Assembly (NCBI GenBank): GCA_041659505.1
Contig: JBAZYF010000003.1
Span: 22,026 to 86,025, forward strand
From: Parcubacteria group bacterium
GTDB lineage: Bacteria; Patescibacteriota; Minisyncoccia; Moranbacterales; UBA2206
Length of the DNA stretch: 64,000 nucleotides
Direction of reading: 5' to 3'
Under the pieces are notes generated by a model. That model was not told where the DNA came from, did not search any database, and was given only the letters and a program-made list of their open reading frames with translations. How positions within the stretch are numbered: position 1 is the stretch's first letter; each line of letters begins with the position of its first letter. The translations under genes were made by a program, and so were the position numbers. Positions 1-9,616 of the stretch are shown one piece after another.

Positions 1-2052
1 CTTATTTATCTCGACATACCAATCAGCAAAATCATTCCAGATGAATTTTTCCAGCGTCTCTCCGGCTGATGAAAACTTATACTCATTTAGATTTTTAGTA
101 ATCTCTTCGATAGTTTCGTGGAGTTGAGCGACGACCCATCTGTCAGAAAGTGATTTCAGATCGCGCTTTGTTATTTTTTCTACCAAAGCAAATTTATTGT
201 CCGCGTGGTCACAGTAACGATAAATATTCCACAGCTTAGTGACAAAATTTCGGTAACTGGCAATCTTTTCTTCCGACAGGCGCATATCATTCCCCGGCGT
301 TGAACCGATAAGCAAGGATAGTCTCACTGCATCTGCCCCAAATTTTTCAACCATACTTAATGGATCGATGCCATTACCTTTCGATTTTGACATTTTTTTG
401 CCAAATTGATCCAAGACCATCCCATGCAGATAAACATTTTCAAAGGGAATTTCATCCAGCGCAAAAAGCGTCATCATAATCATGCGCGAAACCCATAAAG
501 TTAGAATATCATAGCCGGTTTCCAAAACTTGAGTCGGATGAAACTTCGCCAAATCCCCTGTTTTAATGATTTTATACGGCTTGCCCGCCGTAGTTTTAAC
601 GGAGGTGGGCCAGCCGAGAGTAGAAAATGACCACATTCCAGAAGAAAACCAAGTGTCAAAAGTGTCTGGATCTTTGACCCAACCTTTACCTTTCGGCGCT
701 TTTTCACCAACAAATATTTCTTTTTCCTGCTCGCCCGCCGTAGCTTTAGCGAAGGAGGGTTCACTGTTTCTATACCAAACCGGAAATTCATGCCCAAACC
801 AGATTTGGCGTGAGATACACCAATCATGGAGATTGCTCATCCAATCAAGATAGCGTTTAGTAAAGCGATGCGGATGAAATTTTATCTTGCCTTTTCTGGC
901 TACCTCCAAAGCTTTTTCCTTCAATGATTTTCCCTTGAAGCGTTTGAGTTTTTTGTCCACCGCCAAAAACCACTGTTCGGACGGAATCGGCTCAATGGTT
1001 GTCCCGCAGCGATAACAAGTCGCCAGATTATGGACATAGCCTTCTTCAATGTGATCAATTAGTCCCATTTTTTCCATATCCGCTACGATGGCTTTCCGCG
1101 CTTCCAGCGTCGTCATTCCGGCATACTTTCCACAATTCGCCATCATCTTACCATCTTCATCAATGATCTGCTTTAGCGCAATATTGTGCTTTTGGGAAAT
1201 GGCATAGTCTGTGAAATCATGCGCTGGAGTAACTTTAATTGCCCCGCTTCCGAATTTTGGGTCAACCGCTCGATCAGCTACTACGGTAATTTCAAATTCT
1301 CCCAGTACTCCAGGAATCATAAATTTCTTGCCGACCATATCCGCATAACGCTTATCTCCTGGATAAACCGCGACGGCCGTATCGCCCAGTTTTGTTTCTG
1401 GTCGTGAGGTCGCCAAAACAAACGGACCGTATTTCAACCAATACAGTTTTCCAATTTCTTCCTTATATTCCACCTCGTCATCCGCCAAAGTCGATTTGCA
1501 ACGCGGACACCAATTGACAATTCTTTTTCCCCGATACACCAAACCTTCGTTGTGCATATCCAAAAACATCCGCGTCACCGCTTTTTGTCTTTGCTTGTCC
1601 AGCGTGAAAGCTTCGCGCGACCAATCAAAAGATCCGCCCATCTTGCGCGCTTGATTAAGGATTGTCGCTTGCGTTACGCGCAAAAATTTCCAAACTTCTT
1701 TCAAAAATTCTTCCCGACCCAAGTCGTGCCGCGTCAATCCTTGTTCTTTCAAAAGCTTCTTCTCTACTACATTTTGAGTGGCAATCGAAGCATGGTCAGT
1801 TCCGGGAAGATAGAGCGCGCGATATCCTTTCATGCGGTGGAAGCGGATGAGTAAATCTTCAATCGCAATAATCGACGCATGCCCCAGATGCAGCTTGTCG
1901 GTAATATTTGGCGGAGGCAGAATGATCGTGTAGGGCTTGGCATTTTTCGGCAACTTTAAATTATCCGGATTGAACTTTCCAGATTTTTCCCAAAGCGCAT
2001 AAATCTTGTCTTCGTATTTTTGGGGTTCGTAGGTTTTTGGAATTTCTTTCAT
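1..2052 (-). CDS. valS: Valine--tRNA ligase (ValRS), partial; C-terminal part lies beyond the left window edge
   Basis: Manual minus-strand translation from the ATG at 2052..2050 gives MKEIPKTYEPQKYE..PPPNITDKLHLGHA (HIGH-type motif), DTWFSSGMW and KMSKSKGNGIDP (KMSKS motif). The reading frame stays open to position 1. It is absent from the ORF track only because it is edge-truncated. Confidence 0.9.
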   Translation of the reverse strand, partial: MKEIPKTYEPQKYEDKIYALWEKSGKFNPDNLKLPKNAKPYTIILPPPNITDKLHLGHASIIAIEDLLIRFHRMKGYRALYLPGTDHASIATQNVVEKKLLKEQGLTRHDLGREEFLKEVWKFLRVTQATILNQARKMGGSFDWSREAFTLDKQRQKAVTRMFLDMHNEGLVYRGKRIVNWCPRCKSTLADDEVEYKEEIGKLYWLKYGPFVLATSRPETKLGDTAVAVYPGDKRYADMVGKKFMIPGVLGEFEITVVADRAVDPKFGSGAIKVTPAHDFTDYAISQKHNIALKQIIDEDGKMMANCGKYAGMTTLEARKAIVADMEKMGLIDHIEEGYVHNLATCYRCGTTIEPIPSEQWFLAVDKKLKRFKGKSLKEKALEVARKGKIKFHPHRFTKRYLDWMSNLHDWCISRQIWFGHEFPVWYRNSEPSFAKATAGEQEKEIFVGEKAPKGKGWVKDPDTFDTWFSSGMWSFSTLGWPTSVKTTAGKPYKIIKTGDLAKFHPTQVLETGYDILTLWVSRMIMMTLFALDEIPFENVYLHGMVLDQFGKKMSKSKGNGIDPLSMVEKFGADAVRLSLLIGSTPGNDMRLSEEKIASYRNFVTKLWNIYRYCDHADNKFALVEKITKRDLKSLSDRWVVAQLHETIEEITKNLNEYKFSSAGETLEKFIWNDFADWYVEINK

Positions 2053-2133
2053 TGATGATATATATTAAAAAAGTTTTTTTATAAGTTTTGGAGCGAGCTT
2101 GGCTAAGCATCGCCCCAATAATAGCGTCAGGGA

Positions 2134-2373
2134 TTAAATATAGCGTTGTGATGCCATCTTACGTAAATCAAGTATCCCTTTGGCCGGGACATTTGTCGCA
2201 TATCTATATTCCCGACCACATCCTTGACAAACTGGAGGACCATAATAATACACGCCCCGAAGAACGCTGCTCACACTTTTTGCGACCTCTCCTCCACAAT
2301 CCTTGCAGATATTGTCTGGAAGCGGCGTACCTTTTTCTATCATCTCATCAAAAATAGAAACCTCAAAAAGCAT
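2134..2373 (-). CDS. Small zinc-ribbon protein, four Cys in CxxC..CxxC arrangement, hypothetical
   Basis: ORF-track entry 2134..2391. The likely true start is the ATG at 2373, preceded by GGAGG (revcomp of cctcc at 2380-2384). Motifs CKDCGG..CQGCG. Lies between pheT and valS on the same strand. Confidence 0.45.
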   Translation of the reverse strand: MLFEVSIFDEMIEKGTPLPDNICKDCGGEVAKSVSSVLRGVYYYGPPVCQGCGREYRYATNVPAKGILDLRKMASQRYI

Positions 2374-2411
2374 CTTACACCTCCTTCTCAAAAAGAACAG
2401 TTGTTATTTTT

Positions 2412-4844
2412 TTATTTTCTTATCTCTATTTTCAAATTTTTATCCAATATCAATACAATCTTCTCCATCACCCCATCTATCTCTGCACTTTCCAATGTGC
2501 GGTCTTTGGCGCTCATTTCAATCCGGATGGCCATACTGTTTTTGGCTTCGAAACGATCAAACAGTGAAACACTGTCAACTAATTCGCCACCGATTTTTTT
2601 GACCAAAGTTTCAATCTCGGCATATTTTACCCCTCTTGGAACAATCATTGAAATATCGCGTGAGACAACCGGAAATCTATTGATCGGTTTATATTCCTTC
2701 GGCCCGCCGACTTGCCCGCCGGAGTTCTGATGAAGGAGGGAGCCTTGGCGAAGGAGGCCCAGATTGATTTGGGCAATCGCCAATCGCTTGCTAATTTTAT
2801 AGCTTGCAAGCACTGACTGACTGATTTCTCCGACATAACCGACAACTTTTCCATCCAAGCTTATCTCAGCCGTTCGATTAGAATTCATAAACGAAGCTGG
2901 TTTTGTACTTTCCAAAAACTCCAGCTCCAAATTAGAAGCTTCTATAGAGGCTTCTATGGAATCCTCTATTGCGCCTTTAAGATTATAGAAAGTTTCTGAG
3001 TTGCTGTCGTTTTCGAGCACTCTTGCCAAGATCAAATTGCGATCTTCTGTGGGCTCGTTATTTTTCAGCGCGTAGCATTTGCCGATTTCAAAAATGCCAA
3101 ACTCAGAAAAATTCTTGAGATTCTCGCGGACATTTTTCAAAATATTTACTGCCAGTTCCGCGCGGACAAACTGCTGATCCGGATTCATCGGGTTAGCCAG
3201 TTGCAAATGCTCCTTTTCCGAGAGACCCGTTTTTTTGAGATCATCGGCGCCATAAAAAGAATAATTATACACCTCGTCAAATCCAAGTCCGGTTAAAATA
3301 TCCTGTATCTTTCTTTCAAAAAAAACTTGTTCATTAATTTTGGCTGGTAGAACTTGCGCGATCATCGGCCGCGGAACGATTTTTTCATAACCCCAGATGC
3401 GTCCGATGTCTTCGATCAAATCTTCCGGCGTCCGCAAATCCAAACGATAGGTTGGAATAGTACATTCAAGTAGTTTCTTTTTCTGCGCTTTAATTCCAAG
3501 CAAACTCAAAATATTCAAAACATCTTTCTCTGGTACTTTCTCACCCAAAAGCCGATTGGCATATTCCAGATCCAATTTGACTGTCCATGATTTAACTCTC
3601 TTGGGATAAATATCAATAACTCCTTCCAGTTTGCCATCGGCAATATGTTCTAGAATATCGATGACCCGCACTATCGCTTTTTCCGCCAAGTTCGGATCAA
3701 TATCTTTTTCAAATCGATAGGATGAATCCGTATTCAGCCCCAGCGCCGTTCTTGTCTTTCTAATATTCACCGCATCAAAACTAGCCGCTTCCAATACGAT
3801 TGTCTTAGTATTTTCTGAAATTCCCGAATCCTTGCCACCCATGATTCCCGCCAATGCCAACGCATAATCGCCATTCGTGATCAATAAATTATTCTCGTTT
3901 AATTTAATCCCGCTATCATCCAGCAAAATCAAATCTTCATTCTTTTTTGCTCTACGTACAATAATATGAGCCTGTTCAGAGCTAAGCTCTCGGCTCCGAG
4001 AGCTTAGCTCTGTGATTTTTTCTAGGTCAAAAGCATGTAGTGGTTGCCCCAGCTCAAGCATGACATAATTCGTCGCATCAACAACATTGTTGATCGGTCG
4101 CAAACCGCAAACTTCCAATCTGTCTTTCAGCCATTTTGGCGATTCTTTGATAGTAATATTCTCCATTACTGCGCCGATATATCTTTTGCACAAAACCTTG
4201 TCCTTGATTTCCACTTTTAGTTTCTGGCTTTTTTTGACTGGCAAAATCAATTCGTCAAAAGAATAGTCGAACTTCTTTTTTTCCAAAATAGCCAACTCTC
4301 GTGCTACGCCGACATGACTCAAAATATCATGCGCGCGATCCGGCAGAACCTTGATTTCCAAAACACTATCACTATTCATTCCAAGATATTTCTGTGCCGG
4401 CTCGCCCACTTTTGCTTTTTTATCTAAAATCAAAATGCCTGCATGATCCTTACCTAGCCCTAATTCATCTTCCGCGCACAGCATCCCAAAAGATTTTACA
4501 CCACGGATTTCTGCTTCTTTAATTTCAAAATCACCTGGTAATTTTGTGCCAACCGTTGCCACTGGGACTTTTTGACCAACAGCAATATTTGGCGCACCAC
4601 AAACGATTTGTAATTTACCCACAGACGAGGCATGCCTCGTCTCTACGACTGCAATTTGCAATTTGTCGGCATTGGGATGTTTTGTGATTTTCAAAATTTC
4701 ACCAACAACCACGCCATCCAAACTAGAATTATTTTTTTCCAAACCCTCAATCTCAAACGAATGCATCGTCAAAAGCTCCGCCGCTTTTTCGGGGGATAAT
4801 TTCGTCTGAGATAATTCCTTGAGCCAATTAAAACTGTATTTCAT
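2412..4844 (-). CDS. pheT: Phenylalanine--tRNA ligase beta subunit (canonical, 810 aa, with N-terminal tRNA-binding OB domain)
   Basis: 810-aa ORF starting MKYSFNWLKEL. Carries the tRNA-binding segment VVVGEILKITKHPNADKLQIAVVE, B3/4 and B5 regions and a C-terminal FDX-ACB-like end. Confidence 0.95.
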   Translation of the reverse strand: MKYSFNWLKELSQTKLSPEKAAELLTMHSFEIEGLEKNNSSLDGVVVGEILKITKHPNADKLQIAVVETRHASSVGKLQIVCGAPNIAVGQKVPVATVGTKLPGDFEIKEAEIRGVKSFGMLCAEDELGLGKDHAGILILDKKAKVGEPAQKYLGMNSDSVLEIKVLPDRAHDILSHVGVARELAILEKKKFDYSFDELILPVKKSQKLKVEIKDKVLCKRYIGAVMENITIKESPKWLKDRLEVCGLRPINNVVDATNYVMLELGQPLHAFDLEKITELSSRSRELSSEQAHIIVRRAKKNEDLILLDDSGIKLNENNLLITNGDYALALAGIMGGKDSGISENTKTIVLEAASFDAVNIRKTRTALGLNTDSSYRFEKDIDPNLAEKAIVRVIDILEHIADGKLEGVIDIYPKRVKSWTVKLDLEYANRLLGEKVPEKDVLNILSLLGIKAQKKKLLECTIPTYRLDLRTPEDLIEDIGRIWGYEKIVPRPMIAQVLPAKINEQVFFERKIQDILTGLGFDEVYNYSFYGADDLKKTGLSEKEHLQLANPMNPDQQFVRAELAVNILKNVRENLKNFSEFGIFEIGKCYALKNNEPTEDRNLILARVLENDSNSETFYNLKGAIEDSIEASIEASNLELEFLESTKPASFMNSNRTAEISLDGKVVGYVGEISQSVLASYKISKRLAIAQINLGLLRQGSLLHQNSGGQVGGPKEYKPINRFPVVSRDISMIVPRGVKYAEIETLVKKIGGELVDSVSLFDRFEAKNSMAIRIEMSAKDRTLESAEIDGVMEKIVLILDKNLKIEIRK

Positions 4845-4847
4845 AAT

Positions 4848-5879
4848 TTAAAATTGCCTAACAAACCTCAAATCCCCACTGTGGAAATACCGCACATCAT
4901 CTATTTTATATTTCATCATCGCTAAGCGTTCCAAGCCAAAGCCCCAAGCAAAACCAGTGTAGGCATTACGTTTATAGCCCACCGCTTCAAACACATTTTG
5001 GTTGATCATGCCAGCACCGCCCAGTTCCAGCCATTTGTTATATTTACAAGCCTTGCAACCGACACCACCGCAAACCGTGCAAGAAATATCAAATTCAAAG
5101 CTTGGTTCCGTGAAGGGAAAATAGCTCGGTCTCAAGCGCACTTTGATTTCACGCCCAAAAAATTGCGAGAAAAAATCCTCCGCTACTTGTTTTAAGTGTC
5201 CAACGTTGATATTTTCTCCCACAATTAACGCTTCAAATTGATAGAAAGTATTGTCATGTGTCGCGTCTGATCCGTCACGGCGGAAACACTTACCCGGGAC
5301 AATAATTCGCAAGGGCGGTTTATGTTTTTCCATATACTTCGCTTGCACGGCTGAAGTCTGTGTACGCATTGCCAAATTCTCTTTGTTTTTTTTATTTTTC
5401 AACCAAAAAGTTTCTTGCATCTCACGGGCCGGATGATCAGCTGGCATATTCAAAGCATCAAAATTGTAGAATTCAGTTTCAATTTCCGGTCCATCGGCGA
5501 TTTCAAATCCCATTCCGGTAAAAATATCTTCAATGTCACGGCGCACGAGTGAAATCGGGTTGAGATGTCCCACGCCTCTTTTTTTGCCCGGGATCGTTAC
5601 ATCAATTTTCTCTTTTTCTGCGCTTGCTCCGACATTGGACAAATCGGCCTTTTTTCCGTTGATGATGGCCATAATTTCCAACTTGGTTTTATTGGCCAAT
5701 TCACCAATCTGCTTTTTCTCCTCCGGTGCCAAATTTTTCAGATTCTTAAGAAAACCAACAAATTCACTCTTGCGTCCCAAATATTTTTTTTCCAACTCAA
5801 AAAGCATGTCACTGTTTTTGACCTTCTCAGTTTCCTCCAAAACCTGCTTTTTCACCTCTTCAATTTTTGATTTCAACAT
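4848..5879 (-). CDS. pheS: Phenylalanine--tRNA ligase alpha subunit
   Basis: 343-aa ORF with class II core motifs FPFTEPSFEFDISC and LELGGAGMI. Sits immediately upstream of pheT. Confidence 0.95.
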   Translation of the reverse strand: MLKSKIEEVKKQVLEETEKVKNSDMLFELEKKYLGRKSEFVGFLKNLKNLAPEEKKQIGELANKTKLEIMAIINGKKADLSNVGASAEKEKIDVTIPGKKRGVGHLNPISLVRRDIEDIFTGMGFEIADGPEIETEFYNFDALNMPADHPAREMQETFWLKNKKNKENLAMRTQTSAVQAKYMEKHKPPLRIIVPGKCFRRDGSDATHDNTFYQFEALIVGENINVGHLKQVAEDFFSQFFGREIKVRLRPSYFPFTEPSFEFDISCTVCGGVGCKACKYNKWLELGGAGMINQNVFEAVGYKRNAYTGFAWGFGLERLAMMKYKIDDVRYFHSGDLRFVRQF

Positions 5880-5904
5880 AGTATTATTCTAGCCTTAAAG
5901 CCTA

Positions 5905-5946
5905 AAAAAGTCAAAATAATAGGGCGTTGATAAGATGCAACGCCCC
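5905..5946 (-). terminator. Rho-independent terminator (minus strand) of the operon upstream of pheS
   Basis: Hairpin gggcgttg-ataagatg-caacgccc at 5923-5946. On the minus strand it is followed by the T-run tattattttgactttttt. Confidence 0.55.
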
Positions 5947-5964
5947 AGTCCTGACTTCGCAGGG

Positions 5965-6156
5965 TTAAAGATCTTCATAAAAAAAGTCCTTTTTTGACGG
6001 TGACAAAAACGACACTGCTCCCGCCAATAAGATGCAGAAATCACCTATGGCGAATCCGTAAAAGCATTCACTTAAGGCTAATAGTAGAATAAGACTTCCC
6101 CTGTAAATACAGAGTCGCTTATTTGCTCGAAAATACAACGACAAGAATTTATTCAT
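5965..6156 (-). CDS. Small membrane protein (63 aa, one hydrophobic helix), hypothetical
   Basis: Internal ATG at 6156 preceded by AAAGGAGGG with 5-nt spacing. Hydrophobic stretch SLILLLALSECFYGFAIGDFCILLAGAVSFL. The longer ORF-track version (to 6189) has no RBS. Confidence 0.4.
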   Translation of the reverse strand: MNKFLSLYFRANKRLCIYRGSLILLLALSECFYGFAIGDFCILLAGAVSFLSPSKKDFFYEDL

Positions 6157-6300
6157 AGCCGCCCTCCTTTCATGAACGCACCCAAACAAGCAGCCAACCG
6201 ATAAAGAGCAAGAAACTAATTCTGCCTCCTATTATGCAATCAGAGTTAAAGAACAAACGCCATATATACGAAATGGCAAAAAATATATCTCCAAAATTGC

Positions 6301-6606
6301 CTATATTCCCATCTTTTCCTTGGCCAGTCTATATTGCTCCTCAGAAATTTGTCCGCTTTTTCGCATCATTTCCATCGCAGAAAGCAACTTATCCTTATTC
6401 TCCGGTTTCAAAACTTCTTGCATCATTTTAGCTTTTTCCTGCGGACTCATCCGCTCCATCCTTTTCATCGCCAAACGTTGCAGCATATTCATCTTGGGAG
6501 AATCATCGTCTTTCTTTGCGTCATCCGTTTTTACCGAAGCAGTTTGCGCGACACCAGTATTTTGATCTTCGGTTTGCTGATCATTTTTTTTAAATGGATT
6601 CCACAT
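6301..6606 (-). CDS. Small highly charged hypothetical protein, translationally coupled to secF
   Basis: 101-aa ORF. Its start overlaps the secF stop by 4 bp. Lys/Glu/Met-rich with no TM segment. Confidence 0.45.
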   Translation of the reverse strand: MWNPFKKNDQQTEDQNTGVAQTASVKTDDAKKDDDSPKMNMLQRLAMKRMERMSPQEKAKMMQEVLKPENKDKLLSAMEMMRKSGQISEEQYRLAKEKMGI

Positions 6607-6608
6607 AT

Positions 6609-7508
6609 CTATTTATTATTAATTTGTAAGTTATAACTCGTCACAAGCAAGGCTGAAGCGATAAAAATTGACGAGTATGTTCCGAAAGTCACACCAACCA
6701 GAAGCGCCAAAGAAAAATACTTGATCGATTCTCCGCCAAAAATATAGATTGCGAGAAGTGTCACGATCACGGTAAGTGAAGTATTGATTGAACGCACCAA
6801 TGTTTCGTTGAGACTACGATTGACAATTTCCGGGAATTTTTCTTTGCTCGAACTGCGTTGCAAATTTTCGCGTGTGCGATCATAGACCACAATTGTGTCA
6901 TGGACAGAGAAACCAAGAATGGTGAGCAAGGCCGCCACAAACGGCACGCCTACCTCTACGCCCCAGAAATGCCCCAAGACCGAGAAAACTCCAATAGTTA
7001 TGAGAACGTCATGAACAAGCGCAATCACCGCTCCTGCGCCATATTTCCAAGATGCGACGGGATGAGAAACGCGCCGGAACGCCCAAGCGACATAAGCCAT
7101 GATGCCCACGACTGCCCAAAAAATTGCCATCAATGATTTGGTTTTTAGCTCACTGGAAACGGAGGCATTGGCATAATCTGTCCGCAAATTTTGCGAGTCA
7201 GGATATTTTTCCAAGAGCGTCGAGAGAACCGTCTGATTGATCTTATCATCCTCAGAGGCATACCGGATCAGCACGGAATTATTTCCCGTCGATTGCAAAG
7301 TAAGACTCTTGAGATTTAAATCCTTGAGCGTCTCTTCTAGTTCCTGATTAGCAGGAACCTGATTTTCAAATTTCACTTCCATCAAAGTTCCGCCGGTGAA
7401 ATCGATGCCATATTTCAACCCCCAAGTGAACAGCGCCATAACACTAAGCACGGTAAGGGTGATGGAAAAAATATAGGCGTATTTGGTTTTGGAAATTATG
7501 TTGAGCAT
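6609..7508 (-). CDS. secF: Protein translocase subunit SecF
   Basis: 299-aa ORF MLNIISKTKYAYIFSITLTVLSVMALFTWGLKYGIDFTGGT with multiple TM segments. Adjacent to secD. Confidence 0.92.
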   Translation of the reverse strand: MLNIISKTKYAYIFSITLTVLSVMALFTWGLKYGIDFTGGTLMEVKFENQVPANQELEETLKDLNLKSLTLQSTGNNSVLIRYASEDDKINQTVLSTLLEKYPDSQNLRTDYANASVSSELKTKSLMAIFWAVVGIMAYVAWAFRRVSHPVASWKYGAGAVIALVHDVLITIGVFSVLGHFWGVEVGVPFVAALLTILGFSVHDTIVVYDRTRENLQRSSSKEKFPEIVNRSLNETLVRSINTSLTVIVTLLAIYIFGGESIKYFSLALLVGVTFGTYSSIFIASALLVTSYNLQINNK

Positions 7509-7523
7509 AGATTTTTTAATTTA

Positions 7524-7688
7524 TATATCCCCTTCTCCATTAGGGAGAAGGTGGCCGAAGGCCGGATGAGGGAGGAGCCTTTTAACAATCAATCAACAAT
7601 GTTTATATATAGCTTTTCTTATTTAATAGTGCCCTTTTCCCTCACCTGTCACGAGTACGTGACATCCTCTCCCTAAGGGCGAGGAGGA
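7524..7688. repeat. GC-rich structured intergenic repeat, copy 1 (between secD and secF)
   Basis: 5' arm tatatccccttctccattagggagaaggtggccgaaggccggatgagggaggagcc, then an AT-rich variable centre, then 3' arm ccctcacctgtcacgagtacgtgacatcctctccctaagggcgaggagg. Contains several internal hairpins. A second copy lies at 9429-9616. Confidence 0.6.
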
Positions 7689-7700
7689 TGTTTCGCAAAA

Positions 7701-9383
7701 TTATATACTTTCCTTCTTAGCTCCCACCAACCACATCTTACTCTCGATCCATGGTCCAAGGATAAAACGCAGAATTGTTCTGGTAATCACCACAGCTGTA
7801 AACATCGAAGCCAGCACTCCAATGATGAGCGTCACAGCAAAGCCTTTAACAAACCCCGTTCCCATTTCCACCAGAATCAAGGCTGTGATGATCGATGACA
7901 TATTGCCGTCCAAAATTGAAGTCCAGGCGCGCTTGAAACCTTCCTCAACTGCACTCAAAATATTGCGTCCTTTGCGCACTTCTTCTTTAGTCCGCTCAAA
8001 AATGAGAATGTTGGCGTCCACCGCCATTCCGATCGAAAGGACAAAGCCAGCAATTCCAGGAAGGGTGAGTGTGATTTGCCACGGCGTAAAGCCAGATAAT
8101 TTAAAAATACTAATCATCAGCGCGGAATAAATGAGGAGTGCAAAAGAAGCAATCAACCCCAGGAAACGATAATAAACAAGCATAAAAATAATCACGAGCA
8201 TTAGACCAATCAATCCCGCTTTCAGACTTTTTTCCAATGATACTTGTCCCAGTGTTGCTTCCACTGATTGCTGGCCTACCAATGTGATTGGTACCGGCAA
8301 AGCTCCCTCATTAAGCCTCTTGACCAATTCCTTAGCCGTTTCAACAGTATAGCTCCCAGTAACAACCGCTTCGCCGTTTAGAATTTCACTCTGCACGGTC
8401 GGCGCGGTAATTATCTCCCCGTCCAAAAAAATGGCGATCCGTTTTCCGATATCACGTTTAGTAATCTCCGCAAACAACTTCGTTCCCTCATCATCAAATT
8501 TCAAAGATACTTCTGGCTCGGAAAGTCCCTGGCTCTTAAATTGCACGCTAGCACTTTTGAGATTTTTTCCAGTTAGGCCTGTTGCCATCCAATCGGTCTG
8601 TGGCTGAGGCTGAGTTGTTTTCAGGATCAAAATATGCGCACTCTTGAACTCTTGATTATCTCCCTCACCTCTAATCTCAATCTTTTTGATGATATGCCAA
8701 CCATATTGAGATTCGACAAGTTTCGGATAAATCTCTCCGTCCTTAAGGCTTGGGTCAAAAACGGCATTTTCATATTCTGACACAAAAGATCCTTTTTTCA
8801 TAAAATCATAAACACCACCATTATCTTTCGATCCTGGATCTTGACTGTTATCTTTGGCAAGTTGCGCAAAATCCGCCCCAGCCAATGCTTTTTTCAAAAT
8901 ATCCTCCGCCTTGGCTTTCGCCTCCGCATTGGTTTTATCTAAAACATCTTGAGGTATTTGCTCCGGAGTAGTCTGGCTTTCTTCCTTGAACTCCAAAAAT
9001 GGCGTTTCGCTGATCATTTTCTTGGCCTCATTAATGTCTTTCACTCCAGCCAACTCCACTACTAACCTCTGCTCTCCGCCAGATTTAGTTGTGTACACAA
9101 CCGGCTCCGCCACGCCAAATGCATTGACGCGCCGTTCGATCACGTCCTGGACCGCCTGCATCGCATCTCCGACCTGAGAACTGTCAACTTGAGATGTGTC
9201 CGCCTTATATTCCAAATGGATTCCGCCCTGCAAGTCCAAGCCAAGATTGATTTTTGGCTTATTTAGGACATCAAAAAGCTTCGGTATTTTCGAAGCGGCC
9301 TGCGGATAAGCGATAAACCCAGCGACAACCGCCAGGACAATTACTAAGCTAAATTTCAATCTAAGTTTCTGTCTGTTATTCAT
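7701..9383 (-). CDS. secD: Protein translocase subunit SecD
   Basis: The ORF-track entry extends to 9425 on a TTG. The first in-frame ATG at 9383 gives MNNRQKLRLKFSLVIVLAVVAG. C-terminal multi-TM SecD/SecF domain. Confidence 0.92.
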   Translation of the reverse strand: MNNRQKLRLKFSLVIVLAVVAGFIAYPQAASKIPKLFDVLNKPKINLGLDLQGGIHLEYKADTSQVDSSQVGDAMQAVQDVIERRVNAFGVAEPVVYTTKSGGEQRLVVELAGVKDINEAKKMISETPFLEFKEESQTTPEQIPQDVLDKTNAEAKAKAEDILKKALAGADFAQLAKDNSQDPGSKDNGGVYDFMKKGSFVSEYENAVFDPSLKDGEIYPKLVESQYGWHIIKKIEIRGEGDNQEFKSAHILILKTTQPQPQTDWMATGLTGKNLKSASVQFKSQGLSEPEVSLKFDDEGTKLFAEITKRDIGKRIAIFLDGEIITAPTVQSEILNGEAVVTGSYTVETAKELVKRLNEGALPVPITLVGQQSVEATLGQVSLEKSLKAGLIGLMLVIIFMLVYYRFLGLIASFALLIYSALMISIFKLSGFTPWQITLTLPGIAGFVLSIGMAVDANILIFERTKEEVRKGRNILSAVEEGFKRAWTSILDGNMSSIITALILVEMGTGFVKGFAVTLIIGVLASMFTAVVITRTILRFILGPWIESKMWLVGAKKESI

Positions 9384-9428
9384 AAATTCTATTCTACCTG
9401 AATCTGAGAGTTTGGCAATAGTCAAACT

Positions 9429-9616
9429 TTATATCCCCTTCGCCCTCCGGGAGAAGGTGGCCGTAGGCCGGATGAGGGTAAGGGCTTTTGATATATTTTC
9501 TACCCTTAGTTAAAAAAAATTATCATTGTTAACAACACCCTTGCCCTCACCTGTCACGTGCTCGTGACATCCCTGCCTACCGGCAGGCAGGCTCTCCCGA
9601 AGGGCGAGGAGGCATT
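9429..9616. repeat. GC-rich structured intergenic repeat, copy 2 (upstream of secD)
   Basis: ttatatccccttcgccctccgggagaaggtggccgtaggccggatgagggtaagggc ... ccctcacctgtcacgtgctcgtgacatccctgcctaccggcaggcaggctctcccgaagggcgaggagg. Same ends as copy 1, with apparently compensatory changes in the hairpins. Confidence 0.6.

Noticed and set aside
2224-2730. 168-aa and 99-aa plus-strand ORFs at the 3' end of pheT
   Set aside because: Antisense to pheT and to the zinc-ribbon ORF. Low-complexity, no RBS.
7524-9616. CRISPR array
   Set aside because: Only two repeat copies, about 1.9 kb apart, flanking a gene. No short regularly spaced repeat array occurs anywhere in the window.
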